Origin: Octopus sinensis
Taxonomy: Eukaryota
Direction: 5' to 3'
NCBI RefSeq assembly: GCF_006345805.1
Contig: NC_042998.1
Coordinates: forward strand, 31,806,001-31,870,000
DNA length: 64,000 nt
The number at the start of each line of letters is the position of its first letter. Within the stretch, counting starts at the first letter, position 1. Below the pieces are notes generated by a model. The model made no database searches. It had not been told where the DNA came from and saw only the letters and a program-made list of their open reading frames with translations. Positions 1 to 11,911 of the stretch are shown here, one piece after another. A program made the position numbers and the translations under genes.

Positions 1-230
1 TCTGCCTTTATTTTCATGGCTCTCAGGCAGCTCTGTTTATTTCTGTATAACCTACAAATATTACTCGTTTAAATTCAATTTCATCTTATTCCCAATTTCC
101 TTTGTAAAGGAATAAAATTCAAATTGACAGTTTTACAAATTGGCGTTGATTATGGAAGTATTGAAGGCTTAGACAAGGGATTCAGAAACTTTAAATTTTG
201 GACAGTTTGTTCTCTGTGGTGAAGACATAC

Positions 231-290
231 CTCCACAAAATGGCGAGTTATATGCATTTGTTTGTATAAGTGGTTTTTACAAGATTTAAG
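231..290 (-). CDS. Candidate 60-nt internal exon (LKSCKNHLYKQMHITRHFVE); no recognised homologue
   Basis: Minus strand: ttttgttttag|CTTAAA...GTGGAG|gtatgt. Good acceptor and donor; only frame 0 is open. A possible next acceptor tatttgtag| lies at 52. Confidence 0.3.
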
Positions 291-1039
291 CTAAAACAAA
301 ACATAGAAATGTATGAGAAAAATGTGTATAATCCAATGTGAGATGACGGTTTGTATTAGGGACCCTTTACAACACAACACATTATGCTTTCCATTGTTCA
401 TCGATAAATGAAAGGAAATCCTTTGTTGCCATGCATGTTACATCCACAGAATTTCAGCTATTAGTCAACATGTTAGATAAGAAAACACACGCAAGGGCTA
501 CATCCGCTTGATCAAGTGTATTTTATTTGACAATAAACAAGCGTGAGGCATTCTCTCACAGTGTTAATTTTGTAAATACCTTAAACAGATTCATCATTCC
601 ATTAATTAAGAGTGATATATTACAACATTTTAATATTCTGATCAAAGGGAAATAATTTCGTGTTGAGAGGGGAATATATTACGCAGTAATCTTTATATTT
701 TCGAGCCTGTTACAAATTGCTGCCATTTCATTTAGTTTTGCTTTTAGAGCACAGGTGGTGAGATCTATCAATATATTCACTCAGCCGTTCAGGCGTATGG
801 TGTGACGTGTTCCTTTATTGGGGTGCGCTATGAACCAGAAGCACCGATATAAAGCACCGTAATAATCCGATTATTTGCTCGTGTAAATACATGTAAAATA
901 TAACAAAGCAATCTAGGGAACCATAATATGTTCCCTAAATTGCTACTAGAGGAACGCCGTACCTCATAAGCTGAAGACAATGCACTAGAAATATGTACCC
1001 GAATAGTGAAGTAGATGCTAGATACATATGCACACACAT

Positions 1040-1225
1040 TCTTTTATTCCTTTATTCTTTTACTTGTTTCAGCCATTTGACTGCGGCCATGTTGGGGCAG
1101 CGCCTTTAGGTGAACAAATAGACCCCAGGACTTGTTCTTTGTAAACCTAGTACTTATTCTATCGGTCTCTTTTACCGAACCACCAACATCCGTGTCAAGC
1201 GATGGCAGGGGACAAACACAAACAC
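1040..1225 (-). mobile_element. SINE family A, 3' half
   Basis: Matches the full copy at 33544-33952 (cttttacttgtttcagccatttgactgcggccatg...gacaaacac); runs into (CA)n/(TA)n. Confidence 0.85.
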
Positions 1226-1267
1226 AAATACACACACACACACACACACACACAAATACACACAAAT

Positions 1268-1325
<58 letters not shown>

Positions 1326-2016
1326 TATATATATATGTATAGATATATAATTGTATAGGAGACAGTTATACTTAAGGGCATGGAAGCACCTGTGCCTATA
1401 TGCTTAAAATAAGTTGGACTTATTTGACGTTATTTTCAGCATATAGGCATGGTAGCTTTCGTACACTTGAGTATAATTGTATCATATACAATTATATATC
1501 TCCATATATGTATTTTACCTAAAAGGTTATTCACCAACTTAAAGAAGTGTCGTATGAGATTCCGAAGTCATCTGAAAGGCCGTGGTTGAAGCCAATGGCA
1601 ATTTTATTGAATAAATTTGCGTTTTAGTATTTCAAGATTTTTTTTGTTTTGTAATGTTGGTAAACATATCTGTTAAAATGAGATGCCGGTGTTATTTTCA
1701 TTTTTGCGTAATATAGACGACAATATATTCACCGCAACTTGTATATTGTATATGAAAACAATGTTTTTGCGGTCAATACTTAATATCTGTTTCATAATAT
1801 ATGAACAATGCAAGTTATATTACATAGTGTTGGTGAGTCAACACAGTCGCCTTGGAATTTCACTTGCTGTATGATGCAACATATAATTCTCAATCATATA
1901 ATTTAGACCATGTACAGCAAAATGTTGCGTCAAAAGGAGTTAATCTATATTTCAGCTTTATTTGAAAGAAGCTCATATTTTTATTACACATATTCGACCT
2001 TTAATGCACAGACACT

Positions 2017-2591
2017 CATCATCATCATCATTCTTCGACCGTGGTCGAGACAATGGAATTTACCATGCTACGCCAGACTTCACGGTCCATCATGGCATTA
2101 CGGAGGTCCTGTTGCTGTATGCCTGTATCCCTGGAGATTACATCAGGATAGGAGAGTGTGCGCCCTCTGGTATTGCGAGTAGATAGCTTCCAGAGGAGAA
2201 GAGTAGAAATTGCCTCGTTTTCAGCTCTACAACGATGTCCAGCAAACTGGACTCTCCTACCCTTCACAAGAGATGACACAGGTGATAGTTTCCTATATAT
2301 TTGCATTTTGGTTGGATGACGCTTCCACGAGAGATTTTGAGCTCTCATAAGGAGGCGAGTGTAGGTTCCATCCAACCGCCTCTCAAGCTTCTTTGATAAC
2401 GTCCAGGTTTCTGAGCCATATAATAGAATTGGTTCAACTGTGGCTTTGAAGATTTCAGGTTTGAAGTCTCTACTTAGATTTGATGACCAGATCTTATGCA
2501 TGTCATTACAGGCTGACCAGGCCATACCCTTTCTAGTTAGAAAATCTTTTCCAGATGATATGTATGACCCAAGATACTTGTAATCAGAAAC
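2017..2591 (-). mobile_element. 5'-truncated RTE-clade LINE (ORF C-terminus plus (GAT)n tail) with 10-bp TSD
   Basis: Uninterrupted frame YKYLGS...ILLYGSETWTL...LLMRAQNLSW...RRVQFAGH...DREVWR, typical of the RTE RT thumb region. (CAT)n at 2017-2031. CACAGACACT duplicated at 2007-2016 and 2592-2601. Confidence 0.92.
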
Positions 2592-3069
2592 CACAGACAC
2601 TGCACACTTCCCATTCGGCGTGAACGGTTTTCAAAAATCCTAATAGAAAGTTTGCTGTCATATGTAACTGTTACAGACAGCTTAGGATGAACATTGAAAT
2701 CACTGAACTTTAATTTTTAGTAGAACTGGTTTCGGCTGGCTCTCATAATCAACTTCATTTACTCTGTTACGAGGGCTATTTTATCAACAAAGTGATGTTG
2801 GGGAGAAATTTGTGTTATAACAGAACAATTGGGAAGTGAGACAGAAATTAAAAAACAAATGGTTTTACCAAAATCGTTCTTCGTGTTATTCTACAATAAT
2901 TCGTTGTGTTATTCTGTAGATGTCTTCTAGTATTCCGGGTAATTTTTAACCTGTTCATATAATGTAGTTTCCTGTTCCTGGATATTAAGGCTCCACAAAT
3001 CAATTTTTTCCTGTGTCGGTAACGAATTCTATATGTTTCCCTGTTTACATCTTATCAGTCTTCCCTTAC

Positions 3070-3126
3070 CTAAGTCTGAATGAACTGCGTAGCACAAAGA
3101 CACACGTGTAACCGATTCATTTGAAC
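3070..3126 (-). CDS. Candidate 57-nt phase 1-1 exon (SNESVTRVSLCYAVHSDL)
   Basis: Pyrimidine tract ttcttccttttcccttcactttct...gacacag| and donor TAG|gtaagg; open frame. No homology recognised. Confidence 0.25.
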   Translation of the reverse strand, partial: VQMNRLHVCLCATQFIQT

Positions 3127-3552
3127 CTGTGTCAAATCATGTTGATAACAGAAAGTGAAGGGAAAAGGAAGAAGCTTCGTAAGTACTACAGCATCATGGT
3201 TGGTGTCTGTGAGTAAGTGAACATGGTCGTGAATGCATGTATACGTATTCATGTCTGTGTGCTTTTAAGGTGTATGTGTGCGCGTATTTTTTTGTGCATA
3301 TCATGCCGTGTTCCGTGGTGTATGTGCGTGTATACAATACTTGCGTTGATTTGTGTACAACAACTATAAGCGTATATGCTAGCTGGTGTTGTCCAGTTTC
3401 TGGTTCGCATGCGTTTGTAGGTTGATTGCGTTTTCACAAATCATGGTGCGATGGATCCTCTGCGTGTATATATAGATGATTGCTGCACTCGTATGTATAT
3501 TACGTTGTTGATGTGATTTGTTTATATTGCAGTAATCTTGTATATTGAGGCT

Positions 3553-3809
3553 GTTTTATTTATTTATCCGCCCTTTTCAAGCCTAGCCAGGCTCATAGGC
3601 CCGGTTTACCGGTTTCTATGGCGCATGTGTTCCCCCCAGCTTGACGGGACGCCAGTCCATCGCAGCGTTACTCATTCTTGTCAGCTGAGTGAACTAGAGC
3701 AACGTGAAATGAAGTGTTTTGCTCAAGAACACATCGCATCGCCCGGTCCAGGAATCGAAACCACTATCTCACGATCATGATGCTGACACCCTAACCACTA
3801 AGCCACGAG
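3553..3809 (-). mobile_element. tRNA-derived SINE (head X + tail P) with 9-bp TSD
   Basis: A-box-like TGGCTTAGTGG and B-box-like GGTTTCGATTCC, then tgtgttcttgagcaaaacacttc. Tail gagcctggctaggcttgaaaaggg + (TAAA)n. ATTGAGGCT at 3544-3552 and 3810-3818. Confidence 0.85.
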
Positions 3810-5043
3810 ATTGAGGCTATTACATATATTATTGTGCGTCGTATGTATAAATGTGCATGGATTTGTGTGTATGTTTGCTGAGTATATGCATGACAGTGGA
3901 GTGTATTTGCTAGCTGGGTGTTTGTGATTTAATTAGGAGAGTGTGTCTGTATAGTGAATATATGTGTGTGTGGTACTATCTGGTTTCATGTATGAGTGTC
4001 AGTTGCATAGTGGCAGCGATGCTGTGAATTTTGTGCTAGTCTTATAGGAATTAAGTGAATGGGCAGGTGTTTGAGGGATGATCTTGGATCTCTTAAAGAA
4101 GAGTATAAGGATTGCTTTCATTCGGCCGGATGAAGTTTTGGAAAGAGAAGAAGAGTTTTGAATTTTCGCGGCGGAGTTGAAAGTCAGAGGAAATGGAGTG
4201 TAAAGTTAAACGAAACATAAAATAAAGTCAAGTGCAATGATTCATAAAATGATAAAAAGGCAAGAAAGGAATAGAAAGACGCATTTATGCACACGTTCCT
4301 ACAGCCCCACACCACACGCACACACTCATGTGTAAAACACACCCTCGTGTTTATATGTATGCAGCTTTATGCATACGTACATACAATGGATGAATTTGTG
4401 TGTACATATATATATATATAAGTTTCATATATATTTATATATTATATTGTGTGAAATTTGATTTAGTATTTCTGAATTGAATTTTTTCCCTGTAAGTTTG
4501 GATTTATATTCCCTCAAATAATTATTATATATATATATATATACACACATATCTATTACTGTATATTTCACATTTCACTACTGTTTACGGAGAAGAGAAA
4601 ACATATTCTTTCGCAGTAAAAGGTGTAAAAACACTTATCTGTTCATTGTGGCCCTCTATCGGTGATTCAGCAGTGTTTCTAGTGCCTTAATTTTTCTCCA
4701 AGTTAGAAAACCGTAGCTTTATAATGAAGCAGTGGTTATTAGTGATTTCTCGCTTGCAGAACATTCGCTCGAAACAAATATATTAGTAGCAGCGTTAAGC
4801 AGCGTTTATGTTGGGTAGGTATTTCCTTCTGAACCAGGCTAAGGAGCCAGAAACGCATCTCAGAGTCTGACAGAAGGCAATACTGGAGATTATTTCTTCC
4901 TCATTAACTACAGTGAAATTACATTTAGAAGTTAATATATATCACAATTATATTCCATCACTGCATAGCGCCGCCCCTATACGTATATAATCATACATAC
5001 GTCATTTCTACATACATACATACATTCATACATACCTACTACA

Positions 5044-5106
<63 letters not shown>

Positions 5107-5143
5107 ATCTATATATATATATATTATATATATATATATATAC

Positions 5144-5196
<53 letters not shown>

Positions 5197-5231
5197 CGTA
5201 TATATACATACATACATCCACACGTACATGT

Positions 5232-5265
<34 letters not shown>
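5044..5265. repeat. Compound (TATC)n/(TA)n microsatellite, representative of dozens of arrays in the window
   Basis: Direct reading. Similar arrays at about 5660-5770, 7030-7235, 8925-9127, 10330-10390, 10510-10580, 12920-13010, 25880-26150, 37850-37950, 42600-42750, 46900-47145, 47870-47980, 52420-52570, 53900-54130, 54680-54960, 55250-55530. Confidence 0.98.
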
Positions 5266-5278
<13 letters not shown>

Positions 5279-5697
5279 GTGTGTGTGTGTGTGTATGTGC
5301 GTGTGTCTGTGTGTGTATGTATGCGTATATATACGAATGTGTGTAACATATTTCATTATCTATGGAGGCAGATCATTACCCCAGAAATTCCTAGTACACA
5401 GAACAACAAATCTAAACAATGTGAAAAAAAAACTAGGAATATAAACGCACAGTTTGTAACAAAATACCGTGACAATCCAATGACAGTTGAATGAACTACA
5501 ACAAAACAGCACCCACATATTCTTGGAATCACTGACAGCCGTCATAAATATATTCATATTGGATAATATAATATATAAGATAGAAAAAGACATAATAATC
5601 ACGATTAATCGTAATTTCGCTTATCAGTATTTAACAAAGTTTTCTTATAATAAGCAAGATGCTTACACATACGTATATATATATATATATTATATAT

Positions 5698-5729
<32 letters not shown>

Positions 5730-7064
5730 AATATATGTGTGTGTGTGTGTGTGTGTCTGTGTGTGTGTGTGTGCCTCTGCATCTATACTTTTATTCTTTT
5801 TTCTTTAGTCACTGTACTGCAGGATTTATTCAATGACATCCAGCCCAGAGCTTATTTCTCTGTGTATTACCATTCTGTGGGTCTCTCTTTGCCGAATCAC
5901 TAGGTCATACGAGCGTAAACTGACTAACAAATATAAAGGTACACCCATTGATAAAACACACACAAAATATTAGACGGTATTCCGTATAATTTCTGCCAAC
6001 CAAAGTCACTTACAATTTAATGGTCAGCAGAAGCTCTAGAAGAAATAAATTACTAAAGGTGACCTACAGTCAGGCTGAACTCACAATCAGTTTATTGCAA
6101 AGTGAACTGATATATCAAACACGTTTTAACTCATTTTATAGCGTAGAATATTCATTAGTAGGTGAATAGATGAATGAAACATATAGAAAGAGCTTATAAT
6201 AAAATGTAATTTCAACTGATATCTCTTTTCGTATTCTAAAAATCACGAACACTTTATTCTGTATTATTTAACTTCAGATAATTTTTATCAGCTCGATCTA
6301 TTATCAAGAATACTCCACTCTTGACCATAGCATATTTTTTAAATGTTTGTGAAACATACTGTATTCTTGTTTCATCACGATAAGATAATATTTTATAGTG
6401 ATTTGGCGGTTATTTTTCAAGAATTCGAGTGACGACATGTTGCTTATGTAGATTTAGAACATTTGTCAAAGTTACACTTTGAGTTCAAATAGAGGTTTTA
6501 CAACAGACGTATAAATAGACAAAAAATCAGTTTGCATTCATCAAAAAGTTTCGCATATCTTTGTTTGTACTGCTTTGGCACCAAAAATATAAAGTAGTTA
6601 ATATTTTAGACGTCGGTTTCTTTTCAGTGATAATGAAACACGTTTGCACATTTTTCCTTGCGACAAGCTTCAGAATTTGTTAACTTTTGCATATTTCGTT
6701 TTAGCAAAAAGCAATTTAAACATTCATTACATGTACTGATGATATCAGCCTTTGAAATGAATGCTTGTTGTACTGATTGTAATTCCTGAATGAAATGAAT
6801 AATGACACTAGATTTTCGAAATTCATTGTACATGTCTGTACATATTCATTACAGTTACAGTCTAGAAGTATATATATATGTCTCTAGATTTCATTAAGAG
6901 TCAACAAAAGAACCGCTAGATGGTCGCTCAACATATTAAATCCATCTCAAGTCCCAATCTGCAGCATTATATAATGGAACAAATATGCTCTCGCCCTGTA
7001 TATCTGTGCATTGCATATGTTCTCTATGAAACAATATATCTATCTATATATATACATATATATA

Positions 7065-7125
<61 letters not shown>

Positions 7126-7133
7126 TATATATA

Positions 7134-7190
<57 letters not shown>

Positions 7191-7198
7191 TAATATAT

Positions 7199-7236
<38 letters not shown>

Positions 7237-7489
7237 TAACTGGAAAATGGTGTTACACGTACAACCATACAAAGTTAACAACAATGCTGCCAACTCTTTA
7301 GCGACGAATCTTATCACATTCTTTCTTCAAGAGCCAAACTTTGAACCGAAATTTCGAAATAGTTTCCTCATCTAAGTACGAAATCTTTGAAACACTAAAA
7401 CACTTTCTCAAGACAAATAAGAAAATACCTCACCATTACCCTTCTTCCATATCTACATTCTCCTTTATCTAGCTCCATAATAATACATA

Positions 7490-7882
7490 TCTTTATATAT
7501 AAAAGAGAGGTTGTGTGCTGTGTGTCTCCTACGATTTAGATTCCTAACTACTCCCACATTTTGCGGTGCAGTTTAATCAAAACCGGGTATCTTATAGTCG
7601 TGATTCATATCGAGCCCTTCTCGGTATTAGCGCGCGTCTACGATGAGTCTACGATTTTTTAAAAAAATTACCATAATTTTTCCCATTTTTAATGCATTTT
7701 TGGCATATATAAGGAAGTAACTCTCTAAAAAATTATTATTAAATCTCAGAACGTAAAAAGCTACAGTACCCTCCCCCTTTGTGGTTAGCCATATTCAGAT
7801 GGCTATTATACTTTACATCTCTAAAAATGCTTATATAGTTATTTCCCTTACAAACCCGAGCAACGCCGGGCGATACTGCTAG
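7490..7882 (+). mobile_element. Non-autonomous Helitron (393 bp)
   Basis: 5' a|TCTTTATATATAAAAG; subterminal GC hairpin CCCGAGCAACGCCGGG (7855-7870); 3' CTAG|t. Inserted in an AT dinucleotide with no TSD. Confidence 0.88.
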
Positions 7883-8842
7883 TTAGAACTAATATTAAAT
7901 TCTACACTAAGCAAAGCATGCAAAAATCATTAATGAGTTACCAAATCTGCAAAACAGTCCCATAAAAGGTTCTAAGGCAAGCCAACAACACATACATTTA
8001 TGCACGCATGATAAAAGAGTAATCTGGCTTAGAATTACTTGCGCATTTTTCATAATGCCCACAGTTTTCTTATTGTAATAATTATTGATAGCATACTGCA
8101 GAGTGGCCGTACTTGAAACTGATTATAAGAAACATTTATAAGGAACAGCCTACAAGCTTTACTCAGTAAACACATACGATCACGTAGAAACAAAAATATG
8201 TTAACCAAAAACTTTTAAAACTACATATATATATATACACTTGTGAACATTAAAGCATTCAATTAACAATTTCCCCCCAAAATATCAGTGAAACATGCTT
8301 AAATGATAATCAACTCCCTCCCAGACTAAAAAAAAGGGAAAACAACATAAATAATATCAATCTGCCAAATTGATAACCCTTACCAAATACATTCTTTTTC
8401 AACCCTTAAATACTAATAATTTAAATGCTGACATAATAAGAAACACATCTACATACAAAGGTAAAAACATGTGGACTGAATTCTAAGATTTTACTTTGAA
8501 ATCCTGAAACCAAAAGGTAAATATCCATTAGTTTCTAAAGAAAACCAATAACAAGAACACCATGTGACATATGCAGTTCGACAACCTAATTACATTATAT
8601 TTGTAAACACCTATGACCTGAAAATGACGCTCCTAAAAATACACAACTAATTACAAAACTCGACATGTCCATATAAATTCTAAAAGCTCTTCGGTAAATC
8701 TAATCAATAAATATTCTCCATACCATCTGACTACCACAACCTGCCATGCAACATAATTACCATTCAACAGAACAAAGGTCATCCTAGGAATGCTTTAAAT
8801 TGATAGAGACTATAGACATTTAAGATGAACTGAAATCAATTA

Positions 8843-8880
8843 CAGTCCGATGATGGCTCAGCTGACCGAAACTTCGACAC
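8843..8880 (+). ncRNA. Degenerate hammerhead-like motif
   Basis: CCGATGA-T-GG(C)TCA-GC-TGACC-GAAAC-TTC-GAC. Helix II is plausible, but the triplet is GAC and helix I has only 2 bp. Confidence 0.35.
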
Positions 8881-8945
8881 CACTTTTACTACTATTTTTG
8901 TTAAAGGATAATATATATTACACACACACATATATCATATATATA

Positions 8946-9028
<83 letters not shown>

Positions 9029-9074
9029 GTATATGTATACATACATATATACACATACATACATACACACACAC

Positions 9075-9131
<57 letters not shown>

Positions 9132-9242
9132 ACCAAACTAAGGAAAATAATTCCTTCAAAGGGATGTGTAATTCATCCAATTCACTGATAAGTCAGTTGA
9201 ATACCACATGAATATGGGTATAATGCAAATTACAAACAATAA

Positions 9243-9454
9243 ATTAAATAGAGAGATACAATTGACAATCTAATAATTTATTTATATTATAATATAACAT
9301 AATATACTATGAATATAATATAACAGACGATAACATAAAAACCATTGGTTTTTTAATGACTTTTAATGTTATCGTATATTATATTCATAGTATATTATGT
9401 TATGTTACAATATAAATAAATTATTGTGTTGTCAATTGTATCTCTCTATTTAAT
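9243..9454. mobile_element. AT-rich fold-back (MITE-like) element
   Basis: attaaatagagagatacaattgacaa...gacgataacat pairs with atgttatcgt...ttgtcaattgtatctctctatttaat; about 94-nt imperfect arms. Confidence 0.75.
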
Positions 9455-9696
9455 GTACTGTTTATATATATATATATGTATATATATATATAATCATATA
9501 TACCACTTACGTACATAGTACTCTGCCTAAAAGTGGTATATCATATATCCCACTTACATATATACCACTTTGGCTAAAACACGGATCTACAAATTCAATA
9601 TCCCTACATATCTCACATCTATATTCTTTTCCTCCACCTCACTCTCTATTTTGTATCCTATCTAAATTAACTATTACTTAACTATCCTCTCACACC

Positions 9697-9748
9697 GTCT
9701 CCGATGACGGGATATAATTAATAAATATCCTGGAAACAGCTGTGAGAC
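9697..9748 (+). ncRNA. Type I hammerhead-like motif with variant core (Penelope-type)
   Basis: Helix I GTCT/AGAC; core CCGATGA; helix II CGGGATA/TATCCTG; GAAAC; palindromic helix III ACAGCTGT. Position 17 is G (non-canonical). Confidence 0.65.
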
Positions 9749-9971
9749 CTATCTATAAATGTTCTAATATCTACACACCCTTGCTTTTTTTTATCTCATT
9801 ACGCAAAATATTCTTATATATATATATAACAATTAAAAATGAGGGTGTCTAAAAGACACCAACATGCCGAAATAGCAGTCGAAACTCTGACTATAAAACC
9901 ACGTTAAATGTTCATATCGCACCATGAGGTAAAGCGGAGGGACAAAACATACAAGCAAAAATTATTGAATA

Positions 9972-10031
9972 ATTCAAGATCCAAGGATTTCTGGTTCTGC
10001 TTTAAATAAGCTTTACCGTCATCAATTGAAT
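9972..10031 (-). ncRNA. Type I hammerhead-like motif (left-arm mirror copy)
   Basis: Exact reverse complement of 10051-10110. Confidence 0.65.
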
Positions 10032-10050
10032 ATATCAAGGGTACATATAT

Positions 10051-10110
10051 ATTCAATTGATGACGGTAAAGCTTATTTAAAGCAGAACCAGAAATCCTTG
10101 GATCTTGAAT
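10051..10110 (+). ncRNA. Type I hammerhead-like motif (right arm)
   Basis: Helix I ATTCAA/TTGAAT; core TTGATGA (C3U); helix II GGT..GCTT-attta-AAGC..ACC with a C.A closing mismatch; GAAA; helix III ATCC-TT-GGAT; triplet ATC. Confidence 0.65.
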
Positions 10111-10344
10111 TATTCAATAATTTTTGCTTGTATGTTTTGTCCCTCCGCTTTACCTCATGGTGCGATATGAACATTTAACGTGTTTTTATAGTCAGAGTTT
10201 CGACTGCTATTTCGGCATGTTGGTGTCTTTTAGACACCCTCATTTTTAATTGTTACACATTTTTTACCTTTGTAAGGTATTTCTTTCATGCTGGCCACTT
10301 GATAATTTCGACACTTAAATATCGATATTATCCTCATATATAAT

Positions 10345-10391
<47 letters not shown>

Positions 10392-10505
10392 ACATTATAT
10401 AAAACATTATATAAATGTAATATTTGAATTCGCCTTAAATGGTCCCTTTGCATACTGAATACTTGGTGAAATTGATTAATTAATTAATTTTACCCTCAAT
10501 TGTTG

Positions 10506-10578
<73 letters not shown>

Positions 10579-10582
<4 letters not shown>

Positions 10583-10795
10583 TAATCCAAACATGAAAAC
10601 ACAAAGAGAAAACACAACAACGCGGGGACGTGGAACAAATATAATATTATTGGACGCTCAGGAAAGAAGGAAAGAAGGAGGGTTTAACGTTTCGAGCGGA
10701 GCTCTTCGTCGGAAACATAGGAGAAGGAAAGATCCAGAGAAGGGAAGACAGAGGAAAAAAATCGCCAACGGTACACATGCGGTCACATTTTGAAA
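10579..10795 (-). mobile_element. Short (TA)n-embedded Penelope-like element with a minimal hammerhead at 10682-10716
   Basis: GTTT-CCGACGA-A-GAGC-TCC-GCTC-GAAAC-GTT-AAAC on the minus strand. About 90% similar by eye to 42775-42995. Confidence 0.75.
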
Positions 10796-10821
10796 TATAT
10801 ATACGTATATATATATATATT

Positions 10822-10878
<57 letters not shown>

Positions 10879-11879
10879 ATATATACATATATACGTACTC
10901 TACTTTTATGTTTGATCCAACAACGTGTAGATTCGAGGAATTGGTGTTTTGATTATTGCTAGCTGGTATGTGCTGGTTGCTCAACTCTCTTTTACATTAT
11001 GCATTCATTATGAATTTACAGAGTAAATTCAGTAAAGAAGAACCTGAAACCAATCGATCACCTAATTTTACAGTGGTGTAATATCTTGACATATTTATGG
11101 TGTGCAGCATAAGAAATAACACTTCTGCGCATAAAAGTAATATTTTGTTTAACAAGAAAGAAAGCATCAACACTGCATTGTAATTAATATGAATGAAACG
11201 TGAGAAAATTTCAATATAGATATGGATAATACGAATAATTTTCTTTTGACGCATAAAGTGTAATTTGTCGTCATATTATCTCTTGGAACACTGCTTACGT
11301 CGCAACTAGACATCTATATTTCTAATGTTTTGCTTTTATATTGACACATCTACTGAAATTTAAAATTGGAAAATTCTATTCATGGATAGTAGTAAAACAA
11401 GAGGCAGATATGATTGGAGTTTGTTTCATTGTTTTGTTAATGTATTGTGAAATATAACACATTTCTTATCAATAGATAAGTGGTGCTGCAACGAGGGCTG
11501 ACCTACAGCGATCATATAACTGGAACAGTAGAATTACGTCTCACCTAAAATTGTCTCCATATTTATTTTAAAACATTTTTGTTGTTATTGTTATATTTAT
11601 TTTATTTTTACTTTCGGTATTGTCTGTTTGTTGTTAAAGAAGCAACATCTCATTACACCGTGTATTGTCTATCTGAAGCGCTTTCAAGCATAGTTATTGC
11701 ATAAACATTTCTCAAACTCTATATGTACGTGAGTACGTGCGTGTATGTGTATACGTATATGTAAATGTATGCATATATATATATATATACGCGTGTGTGT
11801 GCATTTGCGTGAGTAAGTGTGTGTTTAATAAGTATAAATATTTACATACATAAACTCACAAATCTGTATATACATATAC

Positions 11880-11911
<32 letters not shown>

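Larger units (their letters stand above)
9827..10255. mobile_element. Near-perfect palindrome (209-bp arms, 11-nt spacer) with one hammerhead-like motif per arm
   Basis: Arms 9827-10035 and 10047-10255 compared base by base: one mismatch. Left flank is (TA)n. Confidence 0.9.

Noticed and set aside
7030-7235. Recurrent single-base phase shifts within (TA)n arrays (ataata, tattat) as a coded pattern
   Set aside because: Irregular spacing; explained by slippage mutation or long-read consensus error.
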